In this document: positions 40,360 through 54,900 of the stretch, piece by piece
How the letters are laid out: the number at the start of each line of letters is the position of its first letter
Position numbering within the stretch: the stretch's first letter is position 1
From: Octopus vulgaris
Lineage: Eukaryota
Direction: 5' to 3'
Assembly: GCA_951406725.2 (NCBI GenBank)
Contig: OX597823.1
Coordinates: 37,138,001-37,202,000, forward strand
DNA: 64,000 nucleotides
Made by a program: the position numbers and the translations under genes
The notes under the pieces: model-generated
What the model was told of the DNA's origin: nothing
Databases searched by the model: none
The model's input: the letters and a program-made list of their open reading frames with translations, nothing else

Positions 40360-41950
40360 TTTATTTCTTTATTGGGCACAAAGGACCGAACATAGAGGGG
40401 ACGACATGAGGACAGACAACACAAGTGGAGAAATAAATTACAAAACGATGAATGGAATGTATGTATAATTAGAGTGAGGATGAGCGTCTTACCTGATCTC
40501 CACTCTCCGGCAGTCACGTTTTTACTGTTCATTATCTGTTAGTTCATCAAATGCTTTAATCGTTTAAACCAATTTTACTTGCCATACAAAATATAGCGTA
40601 AGTTCTACCACCGATGGTATAGTTTCAAACCTCAATTCTAACCCCAGTGGATCTATAATGGATCTTAATGCTTTTTTTGATATTTCGTATATTTGTTTAT
40701 CAATTAATTTACATTTTGCCTCTGCAGCGTAGTCTTAAGTAATATTGTAAAGTTTTGTGATTATTTTTCTATGAATGTACTTTTTCTGTAAATCATTAGG
40801 TATGCTGTGTGTTTTTGCGGGGTTTCCGCGTGTGTCTGCATGTGAATGCTTGGTGGGAGATTCTGGACAGGTTTTTTTTTCAAGTGACAGCACTGGTGTG
40901 TGCTGTGTGGGTGCGTTGTTTTCTAGGGTTGTCTGTGTTTCGTTTGTCTGGCGTGAGTAACTCTTCTTTTTTTTTTTACATTTTTGTGTGCCTTTTGGTG
41001 ATGTATTATTCTGTTTTCTTTTACTCGTTACTTAAATGTAGACTTCTTCGGCATCTTTTAGGTCTGTTCGTTTCAATTCCGTCGCTTCTTGGTTCCTTTC
41101 CGTTACCTTCGCGGTGCTCTTGGGCTTGGTGAGGATCTCAACTGCGTTCTTCTGTTCTCGTTCATTTTGTGTGCACTTCTTTTTGATGTGCCCTTTCTGA
41201 CCGCAGCAATAGCAGGTGGGAGGCTTCCCTACCTTTGTCACTGTTAATTGTAATTCGTCCGGCAGCTCGATAAATTCGGGGACATCATTTAGATATTCTT
41301 GGATGGCCTGGACAATGAATTCCAGGCCGTTATACCAACAATTCAATTGTTGTGTTCGAGTTGCCCACACAACTTTTGCTTCTTCCGTTGTTCCAGAGAG
41401 TATAGCTGCTGCAATCAATACCTCTCTCACCTCTGGCGGAATCCTGCCAATCCTCACCCTTGAGATTCGTTTCCCCAGGTAGGTTATTTTGTTGAAGGCT
41501 TCTGCCCGGAATGAGAGTATCATAGGCGCGACGCGTCGCGTTATTTTGTTCAAGGTTTCTGCCCAGGTATGTGAACCGCTGTACTGTTGAAATTGTTAGA
41601 ATTTATTGCTTAATTTGTTGCTGGTTATTTGTTACTGGTTCAGCAAATTTATGTTTTTGATTGGTTTTTTTCCCCCGTTTGGCATGGGAAAAAGTATGCC
41701 TGAAATAGACGTTGAACCCGAGGAAGGACGAGCAGGAAGCTACGCGTCTGTAGCTGGAAATGGGAACAGGGCGAAGACAGTGAAACAGTTGGAAAGAAGA
41801 GAAATTATTGTCCACATGTGAATGCATGCAAATTACAGAAAGGGCGGGGTTGAGCGTAAAGTTGACCTCTCCGGAGGAAATAACCAGAGAAATGAACAGG
41901 ACTTTGTATTTGCCGAAGAAAAAGACCCACTGCGACAACAATCACAAATG
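40360..41950 (-). mobile_element. L1/Tx1-type ORF1 (gag-like) element with inverted 5' part
   Basis: Minus ORF 41032..41553 has the zinc knuckle CYCCGQKGHIKKKC; a plus-strand piece from ~41684 reads MGKSMPEIDVEPEEGRAGSYASVAG; AATAAAGAAATAAA tail on the minus strand at 40360. Confidence 0.6.
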
Positions 41951-42318
41951 ATTTAACACTAACAGCGTGGATCGCCGACTGCTCCACTGCCTGTGGCTGT
42001 CCACTATTTATTTCTTGTGGAACAGCCCACTTCTCTCTCCCGGGGGTGCCCTCCACAATAGGACCCTATTCAAATCTATACTTGTTGTGGTTTGCTGTTA
42101 ATAAATAAATATTATACTCAAGTACAGTCATGGCCAATGTTTCTTGAGAAGCGAGCATAACGAGGTCTCTTGCTATAATACGACCGCGTTACACACCGCA
42201 TTGAGACGCACTGAGATGGCAAATGCGGTACAAATTGTTTATAGTTTGTAATATCGAAGTGAAAGTAATTTAATCAATTAAAACATGGATTAAAATATAA
42301 ATCCCCAACAAGCTAAAT

Positions 42319-42354
<36 letters not shown>

Positions 42355-42604
42355 ATACTAATACTACTAATACTAATACTACTACTACTACAACTGCTAC
42401 TGCTGCTGCTGCCGCTACTAGCTTTTTCCTGTTGTTTCCGGTTCACGCACGCCACTTTTTGTTGTCTCTAAACAACCATATTCGAAGTATTTCTCTACCT
42501 CTAACTAATGAAGTCTTCACTTAAACGTTGGAGTGTGATTGACTGACAGTAACAAGAAGATAAATTAATGAGATAGTTCGCCTCTTAGAATATACATATG
42601 TAAC

Positions 42605-42644
<40 letters not shown>

Positions 42645-42879
42645 CCCCTTAGATGTTTGGAGAACTCAGATGTGTTTTTGGCTGATGAGTACGGGTCACT
42701 TGTATTTGCTACAATATTTGCAGCCTTAATAAAGCTGGTCTTCGTATGAAACAATTGTACCGAAATACTGATCCATTTTTGTTGCTTTTTTCTTGTATAT
42801 ATACATATATATACTTTTATGTAGATAGATAGATAGATAGACATACATATATATATTATATGTATATACATATATATGT

Positions 42880-42911
<32 letters not shown>

Positions 42912-42912
42912 C

Positions 42913-42979
<67 letters not shown>

Positions 42980-43012
42980 CATACGTGTATGTATTTTTGT
43001 TATATATATATA

Positions 43013-43355
43013 CGAGCAAAACGCCCTCCGTCCAAAGGACGGTGCTGAGTTGTCAAACATTTAAACCACATTTTCACAAAACAACTAGTCCGACCGTGCC
43101 ATAGGCCTCCCCTTTGAGAAACACTGATTTAACCTAAATTTGAGACACCAGCAAAAGAAGAAATAAAGATAGACTTTTTTTCTATTCCAAAGAAAAACGA
43201 TTTCCCACGGCTTTATCGATCGTATTCTCACCTGGAATCGATTTTTGTAATCTTTTTAAGACTTATACACGCCCTGGTACCGTTGGTATCTACATATCAA
43301 ATTTGAGTGCAATCGGATGGAGGATGCCCGAGATCCTAGAAGCCACACACACACA

Positions 43356-43414
<59 letters not shown>

Positions 43415-43432
43415 AACGGATTGTATAAGAGA
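43013..43432 (-). mobile_element. Non-autonomous Helitron-like element
   Basis: Subterminal hairpin CCGTCC-AAA-GGACGG (43028-43042) beside a degenerate CTAG end; TC start on the minus strand at 43432; internal (CA)n. Confidence 0.55.
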
Positions 43433-44099
43433 TGTGTGTGCGCGCGCGTGCGTATGTGTATATGTAGGTCAATGAGGAATTGGCCTTATACATATGACCA
43501 ATCGAATAAAAATACTTTGTGCTGTTAATTTATTTAGTCCAAGGTTGTCTTGGCCATTAGAGATCAACAAAATAAGTAGGCAACCAATGTTTGGGGGGGG
43601 GGCTAATGTTACAATCGATTTACCTTTGAAAGCCATTACTTCATTATTATGGCACTCACCTATAATGAACAGTATTATGGCACTCACCTATTCAGTCGGA
43701 CTGTCAGTTGTGACACGTATTTCTGGCTCTTGCCAGTTTTACCATATCTTGAAGGTGTTCCAGAATCGAAAAAAAACAAACCAGATCAGCCTTTTTCAAA
43801 AGATGGAAAAGACATTATGAGTAAGAGGTGTGAAACGTTGTAACTAATCCTATACTTAAGGTTTACATATATACCTGTTAATAATAAACAAGTATCCATG
43901 TATATGTGTGTGTGTATGTGTGTGTGTATGTGTCTGTGTGTGTATGTGTGTGTGTTTGTGTGTGTGTGTGTACATACATATACATATACACGCACGCACA
44001 CACACATATAGAGTGTGTGTTTGTGTAAGTATAGTTTTACACTTAACATACATTTGAGTGCATGATTTATGGGTATGTATGCATATCAGTTCTGCACAA

Positions 44100-44147
<48 letters not shown>

Positions 44148-44580
44148 TGGTGTTTGTGTGAGAGTATGCAGTTGCATGTGTGGGTTTATATATTATTGTA
44201 TTTGAGGGCGTACAGATTATTTGAAGAAGCAATTCGGTCCGCTCTTCGCAAAGGTAACAGTATCTGTTGGCGACTAATTAGAAAATAAATTGCTTTATCA
44301 TTTTACATTGATAGTGTCTTCTAAAATATTTTAGTCCCAGATTATTATCTATGTCTAGTGACACACAGAGAATCTTGTCAAAAGAATTATTAACAGCATT
44401 CATTATCAATAATCGGTAGAGTGCTTTTATGTTCTGGATTCCGACTTCACGAAGATCAGTGTTGTCTTTGATTATTAAGAGTTCGATAACAGATGTTATA
44501 GATAATTAATATTTCTAACGGCGCCATCTTCAGGTAGATAAAGCGTCTTTTAATATTATGCATATACATATTAATATATA

Positions 44581-44646
<66 letters not shown>

Positions 44647-44648
<2 letters not shown>

Positions 44649-45050
44649 CGCAGGAGTGACTGTGTGGTAAGTAGCTTGTTTACCAACCACATGGTTCCGG
44701 GTTCAGTCCCATTGCGTGGCACCTTGGGCAAGTGTCTTCTACTATAGCCTCGGGCCGACCAAAGCCGTGTGAGTGGATTTGGTAGACGGAAACTGAAAGA
44801 AGCCCGTCGTATATATGTATATATATGCGTGTGTGTGTTTGTGTGTCTGTGTTTGTCCCCCTAGCATTGCTTGACAACCGATGCTGGTGTGTTTATGTCC
44901 CCGTTACCTAGCGGTTCGGCAAAAGTGACCGATAGAATAGTACTGGGCTTACAAATGAATAAGTCTCGGGGTCGAGTTGCTCGATTAAAGGTGGTGTCTC
45001 CAGCATGGCCGCAGTTAAATGACTAAAACAAGTAAAAGAGTAAAGAGTAA
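44647..45050 (+). mobile_element. SINE family B, full-length (tRNA head, CORE-like ACCTTGGGCAAGTG)
   Basis: GGCGCAGGAGTGACTGTGTGGTAAG...GGTTCAGTCCC...GTAAAAGAG tail; (TA)n flanks. Confidence 0.9.
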
Positions 45051-45070
45051 ATTAGTATATATACATATTA

Positions 45071-45171
<101 letters not shown>

Positions 45172-45209
45172 TATATACATATACATATATATGTATATAT
45201 ATATTAATA

Positions 45210-45280
<71 letters not shown>

Positions 45281-45289
45281 GAAGAACAG

Positions 45290-47195
45290 ACACAAGAAAA
45301 AACAACAACGCGAGGACGTGGTACATACAAAGAAAGTATCAGGCGCTCAAGGAAGGAAAGAAAGTTAGTTTTATGTTTCGAGCAAAAGCTCTTCAAATAA
45401 ACACGCACACTGTATATTCGTTTTTCTATTGTTTATTACTGTTCTTATTTTATGTCCATTGTCTCGAAATCTTTCGTCACACACTTGTGACTGCTTCGGC
45501 GGCTTTCTATCCCACATGTTTCCCCCGTTCTATTTAGTAGATTCTATCTTTCTATGGTGTGAATCCTTCTCTGCGCATGCCTTTGCGTATGTGTGCATGT
45601 GCGTGCGTGTCTCTGTGTGTTTTGCGTGTGTAAATGGGCTTCCTTACTATGCTATTTCTATCCGTGCCGTTATTTATTTATTTACTTATTTATAACTATT
45701 TTTCACAATTTCATCTTAAGTATGTGTATGTATGTTTTTTGTGTTGTTTGTATCTGTTTGTAGCCATGTTTCATATCTTTTTCTCCTAATCTGTCTTTAG
45801 CTGTCATGTTGCGTAGTGTAGTGGTGGTGGAGATGTTATTGTTTCACTCGTGTTTTCTTTTGAAGCTCGGTCTGTCTGTTACTATGTGTGTTGCCTTTGT
45901 AATTTTCCCCCAAACGAAGGTGCAGCCATCGGTGTCAGTATCGCTGGCGATGTAGGTAACTTATTTATGGCATGGTGAGATAGGAGACTCAAAGAAAGAT
46001 TAGCAGAGTGCATCATAACCTTAACCCTGTACTCCCGCGGTGTGAATGATATCAATAGAGTGGCTAAAGCACCCCCACAAGACTATATATGAAGTAGAAG
46101 CTAGCGTTATGGAAAGCATCCACCAAATAACTAATTTCATTCACCAAAGTATTAAAGTAACGATAGAAAGCCCTAGCAAACACCCTAACCATAGGCTACC
46201 GGTCTTAGACACGAAACTCTGGCTGGAGAGTAAGAACAATAAAGTCCAGATCCTTCATTCCCACTATGCAAATCCCATAGCCTCTAAATATCTGGTCTAC
46301 AAGAACGCAGCTGTTGCGGACAACACCAAGTTCATCAAGACTTGGTGAGAGAGATGAGAAATGTGTCCTGCACGTGCGACCCAACGGAACTGGGAAAACA
46401 CATGAAACACTTCATCCACCGCATGCAAAAAATACCAGAAATACCAGTGCCATGTTCGTAGTATGACCCCTGGCGGCGAACTAACACATCTCTTTGGGAA
46501 AACGTTACATAAGGTAAATCTACGGATTAAAGTAGTTGAAAGACCCAAAAACTCCCATAAAATCCCTGTTTTGTAGAACATATTCGTTTGAAAGGTTCTC
46601 ATGTACGGAGAACGACTGTATAGTATGTAGGATTAACCCACAGATTAACTGTAAGATTAAGAACGTGGTTTATAGCATACGGCATACTGAGGGACGGTCC
46701 AGACACAAAACAACAATTTAAATTAATGAGACGGCACGTAGCATAGGAGAGCGGATAGGTGGACACTCGCGGGAGTTCAAAGAGGAAGAAAGCTCGCCAC
46801 TGCTCAACCAACATGCTCAATTAGAACATAGAGTTTCGGTTAATAACATAGATGTAAATGTATTATCAAAACATAGAGCAGACACGAAACTAGATTACAG
46901 AGGCCACACACATAGTAACAGTCAGACCGATCAACAGAAAACACAAATGGAACTATAATACACCTCCCCACCACCACCACCACCACATTACGCAACATGA
47001 CGACTAAAGACAGAATGGGAGGAAGAAAAAAGTGAGACAGACACAAACAGATACAAACATCATAATACATAAATCCATATACACACATAAAAGACACACA
47101 CACATACTTCAGATGAAATGGGGGTAAATGGAGATAAATAAGTAAATAAGTAAATAAATAAATAAACAAATAAATAAATAAAGGGCACGAATACA
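45290..47195 (+). mobile_element. Penelope-like element with inverted terminal repeat
   Basis: From ~45913: EGAAIGVSIAGDVGNLFMAW*D...LYSRGVNDI, LPVLDTKLW, CIVC...CKIKNVVYSI, ETARSIGERI..H; 45660-45905 is an inverted copy of 46892-47190. Confidence 0.8.
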
Positions 47196-47314
47196 AACAA
47201 TATACATTATTTACATTATTTATATTTGACGGATATTTGTCCTCATCTCGTTTGTGTGTGTGTTTGTGCGTATATGCGTGTGTGCGTGTGTATATGTGTG
47301 TTTGTTTATTTGTT

Positions 47315-47374
<60 letters not shown>

Positions 47375-47542
47375 TGTGTTTCAAGATGTGTATAACAGCC
47401 ATTTGCTCTGTATCTGCTAAATATTATCGCTATAACTTTTGTAATGGCACTGATGTGTCGCTTAGAAGTTTCAATCAACATTTGACTACTTCCGAAATGT
47501 TGAAGAGAAACAAAACTATTTCAAATTAATGTCAAATGCACC

Positions 47543-47603
<61 letters not shown>

Positions 47604-47766
47604 GCTCATGCAAAAAGAATGCAGACTTCTTAAGAAAACAGCAAGTTTAGCCGTAATTTCTAATCTATAAAAATGTTCAATAATGATATTTGATCTGCTC
47701 TGATTTTGTGATTCTGTTAAACAGCTTCAGACCTGCAGCAGCAGAGATATTGGTAAAGGATATACT

Positions 47767-47798
<32 letters not shown>

Positions 47799-49949
47799 CA
47801 TCACTGCCAACAACGACAGCAATAAAGTTATCAGCGCCACCACCAACAACGCCACTATCAATTCTATTCCTCCAACCACCATAAATAACAGCATCAACAA
47901 TGACAACAGCAACAACAACAACAACAGTATCAACAACAACAACAACAACGACACCAACAGCAACAACAACAACCGCCACAACAATAACAACAACAGCAAA
48001 ACTAACAATAACAACAGTAAAAACAACAACAGCACCAACAATAACAACAATCACTATAACAACGTCAACAACAATGCCAACAACAACAGTGGCAGTTGTA
48101 GCAGGTGAAATGAAAGTCTAATTAGAGAAGAGACGTCGGCAGGTGTTTGAAGCGGTTGATAGTTTCATGACGAGGTTTTGTATTGAATTGGGTCAGAGTT
48201 TGGAAGGTGGAGCCAATGAAGGCAGCGGCAGTTAATTACTGGATGTAATCAGTTTTAGATTAGGTTTCGACTTCATCATATTGCATAATTTTACAAACAT
48301 TCACACATACATGCATGCATAACATACACACATGTACATAACATGTACATATATATTTATCTATACATATGCTTATATAGATGTATGTTTCTATATACAT
48401 TCATACATACATGCATACATATATGCATACAAACATACATACATATATATATATATACATATATACATGCATACATACTTAGGTATCTATATATATATAT
48501 ATACGTAAAAACACATATTCAAACATACACATATATATATATATATGTGTGTGTGTTTGTATGTGTGTACATGTGTGTGTATGAGTGCATGTAAGTGTGT
48601 GTGTATGTGTGTGGATATATGTGGATATGTCTGTATATGCATGTATATGTACATTGTGGAATGTGTTCAGTTAAATTCTATTTACACCAGAAGCTAATCC
48701 ATAAACATCTGTACAATTGATATAACATTACCGCTTGTCGTGTTGAAAGACTACATTTTGTTTAACAACACATTGCTATCACAACTCATTCTCTTTCGCT
48801 TTTTCCTCTCTCTCTCTCTCTCACTCCCTCCTTCTCTCTCTCTCTTTCTTGCCCTCTGACATTTATCTTCATTACCACAATTCTCTCTCATTCTTTTTCC
48901 TTTCCGTACCACTGGAGACTAGCCTCGTTTTGTCACTCACCTGTGGTCTATCAGCCTTAAAGATCAAAGCCATACCGTTGCTCTGACACTAGCAAAATTT
49001 TCGACTGTGTCTGGACTGACATTTCCCAAAGAATATTCCCACCCCTATGGTATAGAGCTTACCTCAGTTTTTGGTCTAGAAGCTTCAAGTTTATATCATC
49101 GCAACATGTTTACATCACCTCATCTAACGACAGTTTCTCACATTTCAGATACCTCAAGACTTGAATATATCTCCAAACTATTCCTTCTGTACACATCCAA
49201 CCTACTTTCTGTGAACTTTAGCAACTCACAACCCTAGGTTGACAATACCAACTTTCACTCATTTTTTATACCGCTCGCATACATTTATTTATCTTCAGGT
49301 ATGCGCTCCCTCCAAAAATAGAAACTTGAACAAGAGATCTATAACAACTTGGTCTCTTTCGGCGCAACAACTGTAATGATCATTCCAAATAATCTTTAGT
49401 CACGAACAACACACAACTTTAAAATGCTCATAATCGTTAGAAGCATAGGCAGTAAAAATATCTTATCATTTCTTATGGCATCCTTATATATGCGATATTG
49501 TGACAACTGCAACTCAAACAATCGTTTCCCTCTTCAAGTACAGAAAAAGCTCATGTCAAACAGCTGCTGACTCTTAACAAGGTTTATGTAAAACCCACAA
49601 TTAAATATTGGTTTTACATCCTAGACACTTTTGTTACGAAACATACAAATATCTTAAGAATAATTCCAAAAGAAAACTATTCAAGAATATATCAAAAGCT
49701 CTGGTTCACACCCGATGTATCCGCTCCCGGCTGCTGTAGTAATTTTACGGCGGCCAATGATTTTCTGACCTAAATATTTCTAAGCCATCACCATTCACCT
49801 CTACCTAGAGTCACACTGTACACTGATGTCCTCTGTTGTGCTTCAATAAATCTTTAAAAATCCACTTGCTTTTCGTTCTCACTCGGACTGTGAAACATTG
49901 AAATTTCTTCCTTGCCACATTCTCCTGCCGGCATCAACTCACAAATGTT

Positions 49950-50340
49950 CAAACTGAATATCAAACGCATTAATTTTACCCATGTATATACGTTCAAGTC
50001 ATATATTAATTTAGATTGTTCATATATCTGGACCTCCATATGTGCCATGACTGGATTGGCGTACGTCGGAGCAAACTTTGCCCCCATAGCAGTCCCAGAT
50101 ATTTGTTCGTAAATATTGCCACCGAAGTCAAAAAAGCTGTTTTCTAGGATAAACTTTAATCTTTTGAATTGAAACCCTTTTCAATTATGTCCGGAATTTC
50201 ATGGGGGAATTTCTAAAGCCAGAAATTTATTGCCTCTAGTCCATACTGGAGTGGGATTGTTGTATAGAGGTTTACCACATCAAAAGATACAACAGTGGTA
50301 TCATTGTTTATGGATTTGTGGGGTGGTTTAACAGGTCTAA
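49950..50340 (-). mobile_element. Penelope-like RT fragment
   Basis: VSFDVVNLYTTIP..GLEAI.FW; LENSFFDFGGNIYEQISGTAMGAKFAPTYAN. Confidence 0.85.
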
Positions 50341-50449
50341 GACTTGGGGAACCTACAAATATTTCTAAAATCAGTCACGTGTCTATCCTAATTTTAATTA
50401 TTAAATATGAATTCACTTAAACCAGAATTTATTCACTGCTGAATCATAC

Positions 50450-51280
50450 AAGAGGCCTATATGAGCAGAAGATCATGCATGGATATGATAGTAGAAAGCT
50501 CTTAGATGATAGTAGCATTGATCATCAAAGCAATCTATGATGGACCAACAACCAGATTACAACCTCCCACTTCGAAGGGTATGCGTTTGCAATCCAGTAA
50601 CAGTAAATAGCAACCAAATACGTAATATACAAAAGAGACAGAGATGCAGGAAAAACAGTAAAATGAGACAACTGATGCAGTCATTGTGGAGTTAACACCT
50701 AAGATATTACCCACATCATAAACAGTTGTCCGAAAATGTCATCATGGTATAATCTACCGATGAGACATGATGTTGTAGCTAGGACATGAGATCTGTTGTA
50801 TAACGAGATCCGTTGAAAGGATAACCCCAAAGACAAAGAAATAAGACCCCACAGTAGAGTGGAAGCCACAGCCACTCATAATAAAAGGGAGTACTGGTGG
50901 AATATCCCAATGAAAACCTCAATAAAATGTAATCGCAATAGACCAGATATAATGATTTGGGATTGAAAAGAGAAACTGTGTACTGTTGTGAAAATCGGCT
51001 GCACAGCAGATGTTAATATAAAGCTGAAGATCAGTGAAAAAAAAGAATACCTAAGCTGAACTATTGAGAACTCTGCAATTACTCTATCCAGATTACAAGT
51101 TCTGGTTTATACCTGTAATTATTGGTGCACTAAGAAATGCAACATACTGCCTAAATACCAATCTTGAGAAATTAGGCTTCTGAAAGCTAGAAACGAGAAA
51201 GCTGATACGAAGACTACAGTTTCAAGCCATCACTGGAACTGTAAAAATCTATAAAATTCTCCGAAAGTTTATAATTTAAG
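50450..51280 (+). mobile_element. Dong/R4-type LINE RLE fragment
   Basis: DITHIINSCPKMS..Y.LPMRHDVVA, EYWWNIP.KT.IKC..NRPDIMIWD, FIPVIIGAL. Confidence 0.8.
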
Positions 51281-51905
51281 TATCCTCGAGCATGTCTAGA
51301 TATGCAAGTATATGCATAAGAAGACATACATAAAACAAAACATACAAATCTGCAAGTATACATACATGCATAATACTCTGTTGTTGATGCTGAAATTCCA
51401 ATGAAGAAACCTTGGATCTAGGTTAGAAACTAGCTCTTTCTCTGTTGGCAAAAAATCCTGAAATAAATCTGAATAATGACATACATAAATACATACATAC
51501 ATACGTACATACATACATACATACATACATACATACATACATACATGCATGCATGCATACATACATACATACATACATACATACATACATACATACATAC
51601 ATACATACATACATACATACATACATACATACACATATATCTCTCACAGACTTGTACGTGTTATTTTTATACACATTCTCCATACTTAATCGTCTCAATT
51701 ATGTTGTTTATTCTTCTAATATACGTTTGACTTGCGTTTTTTTATATTTTTTGACATTGGTTCTTTTAGCTATCTTTCGCACTTTGTCTGAAGAGATTCT
51801 GATTTGGTCTACAGTTTGTAGGTTTTGAAGCACATTTCTAACGCTAGCGAATACTCGGACTTCAACGAACGTACAAATCTATATCTGCATTATATATTTA
51901 CATCT

Positions 51906-51942
<37 letters not shown>

Positions 51943-53222
51943 ATTTGATTTATTTACTTACATATACGGTTAAGTTCTCATGTACCTAATTATGTAAATA
52001 TACACGCCTTATTCTAGCACACGTGTACGCACATGTACACTCTCATACAGATGCATACATACATACTCTCACGCGCACGCACGCACGCACACACGCACAA
52101 ACACACCACACACAAACATATAATTCATACATATATTTATTTACATATTGAAACATTTATTTTTCTTTTATTATTGTATATATTTTATTTTATATATTTT
52201 TCTATTACTTTATCATCTAGTTATTTCGTAATTATGCATCAGGAGGCAACCAATTATTATTCCAAAGTATTTTATATTTAATTTTAGTATATCCTAGCAC
52301 TAAGTACCCAAATTTTGTCGGGTTCATAAATACCTATATCACCATTCAGTGATGATGGAGAATACGGCCATTGTTCTGATTAATATCGCATTCCTAAATG
52401 TAGTTTCTTTATCAGCAGAGAAAGATGTATGAAATGACCGAACGTATATTTTAGATGAAATGAAATAATAAACCTTGTGCTTTATTACTTCCTTCTGAAC
52501 AATCTTCTCAGACAGTCTTGTGTTAAGGCTAAACATTTCTAAGTTGCTGTCACTTCTTTCTCTTAAACAATTCTGAAGCTCGAGACAAACAAAATCTAAG
52601 GTTTAAGACTCTTTCTCTTAAAATAAATCGTTAAACTTCTTTAACAGACATTTCAAAAGAAAACCTGACTGGAAAGTGGAATCCCTTGAAATGAAGGGTT
52701 TACAGTTTCGAGGCAAAATAAATATTGGAGGATTTGGTAAATATGTAGCGGAATGTGATGTTGAGGGATCAATGTAGTTGTCAGGTGTAGCAGATGATGT
52801 TATCCGTGTTGGACCGATATCAATGAAAAACAGTGAAGAGGAAAGGAATGTGGTTTACATCATTTATTTGTCCGTAGTTGTTTTCACTTGTTTGATACGT
52901 GAAGCTTGATTTAAAGTATGAAACAAATATGCCGCTACATAATGTTAGCCAACTACTTTGTATTAGCGAAGTTGTGTACACCAAGAAATGTGCGAAGTAA
53001 AACGGAGGGAGAGCATTGAGAGAATGTTGATGGGTGAGACAGTACAGATACATACTTTGTCTCTGTGTGTGCGTTCGCCCATCACCGCTGCTGTGTTGTC
53101 TCTCTACTGGGTTTTCTCTGTTGGATTCGTGGCTATCTCTCTAGTTTCCCTCGGCTCACTGTTCCCATCTTCTCACGGCGTACTGGTATTTAAAATGGTC
53201 CATTTCAGTAAGAAAGATGGAT

Positions 53223-53388
53223 AGGAGTGGCTGTGTGGTAAGTAGCTTGTTTACCAACCACATGGTTCCGGGTTCAGTCCCACTGCGTGGCATCTTGGGC
53301 AAATGTCTTCTGCTATAGCCTCGGGCCGACCAATGCCTTGTGAGTGGATTTGGTAGACGGAAACTGAAAGAAGCCTGTCGTATATATG

Positions 53389-53423
<35 letters not shown>

Positions 53424-53635
53424 TTGTGTGTCTGTGTTTGTCCCCCTAGCATTGCATGACAACCGATGCTGGTGTGTTTACGTCCCCGTCACTTAGCGGT
53501 TCGGCAAAAGAGACCGATAGAATAAGTACTGGGCTTACAAAGAATAAGTCCTGGGGTCGATTTGCTCGACTAAGGGCGGTGCTCCAGCATGGCCGCAGTC
53601 AAATGACTGAAACAAGTAAAAGAGTAAAAGAGAAA
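53223..53635 (+). mobile_element. SINE family B, near full-length
   Basis: Highly similar to 44647-45050. Confidence 0.9.
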
Positions 53636-54479
53636 GAGAGTATACCATTATAATAGTAGCCTATACACATTCAAATTACTTGCTGTCCATTTGAACTTTC
53701 CGTCACACAGCCAGGTCGGAGGTCGAATGGAAACACATCAATTGATGTTCCTTTTGATAGGACAAAGTGATTTTCTTGCTTGCTTTGACACGAGAGAATT
53801 TTTGGATTCGATTCCGAATCTCAGCCAGGAAGAGAAATTCAGTTTCTACAAATGTTCATCTAAGAAATTGCTTGAAATGTATGTGGATTCTATAATTCGT
53901 TCTGTTAATGTATTCACAACTTTTATCGTTTCCTTGCATAACCGCAGACGACTGTGATTGGAGAACTTTTATTTTTCCTCCAGTCTGGAAAGTGACATGC
54001 TAGAAAGTTGAAGAGAATTCGGAAACGCCACCAGGTATTAATCCTTTTGATACCAACTCGTCTATGACTGCCCCTGGCTCTATGATACAAACTTTTTGGC
54101 CTAAAGTGATGCACATTAAAATCTCCAATCAAAATTTCATGTCATTTTCTATAAACACCAATTTAACAGTTTAACAAAGATTTTTACAAAATTTTTGAAA
54201 TGTTTGAAAATTACTTGAAATAAATGTTCATTTTAAGAGAAATATGGTAACAAAAGTTTTAAACATCTTGATCAATATCTTGAGCAGTATGAACGTGGGA
54301 CCAATCAGAATGACTCAGTAGATCCAAAAATAAAATGAAAAAATGTTAAATGTTAAACTGCGCTACTGTTCCGGATTGTGAAAAACCGAAGTAGATTTTG
54401 ACTCTAATATTTTCAAAAAGTAAATAACCTGAAGCTCATAACTGAAATTTATTGAGAAATTATTGTCACAAGACCCGCT

Positions 54480-54900
54480 CATCCTTGCTGAATATTCATG
54501 TTAGTATTCACATGAAGTTCTCCACCATGTGACAGGAAATATAAATTCACGTCGCCATTTCTTTCTCTAGGAACAACAGTCAAAATCTGCCGAAATATCA
54601 GCCAACATAACTGTTGCCAATTATTGAAGAATGGTTCCACGAACCAATTGGATGATAAACTTCACCTTGTATTTTAAATGCTGTCGTGAATCCGACTGCA
54701 GATAATATATCTGGAACTTTGAAAATATATCATCTGAAAAACTGAGTAACACCTGATCAGTAAAGGTAAGGTGTTTCATGCTTGAGTTCTGACTGAAAAT
54801 AATTCATATGAGAAGTGAAATGGAAGAAGCAGACGTGTAATGGAATGTTGCCCTCAGTGCAAGCGCACTATTAAACCGGATTATAATGAAACTTAGACAA
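54480..54900 (-). mobile_element. Decayed Helitron Rep N-terminal fragment
   Basis: Minus strand GFTTAFKIQGEVYHPIGS, preceded by SVFQM, resembles the Helitron FKIQGQVYHRIGS motif. Confidence 0.55.

Noticed and set aside
47677-48240. Thr/Ser-rich mucin-like ORFs and an adjacent unique TAATTA-containing segment
   Set aside because: These are degenerate (CAA)/(CAT) microsatellites; there is no splice or conservation evidence for an exon or enhancer.
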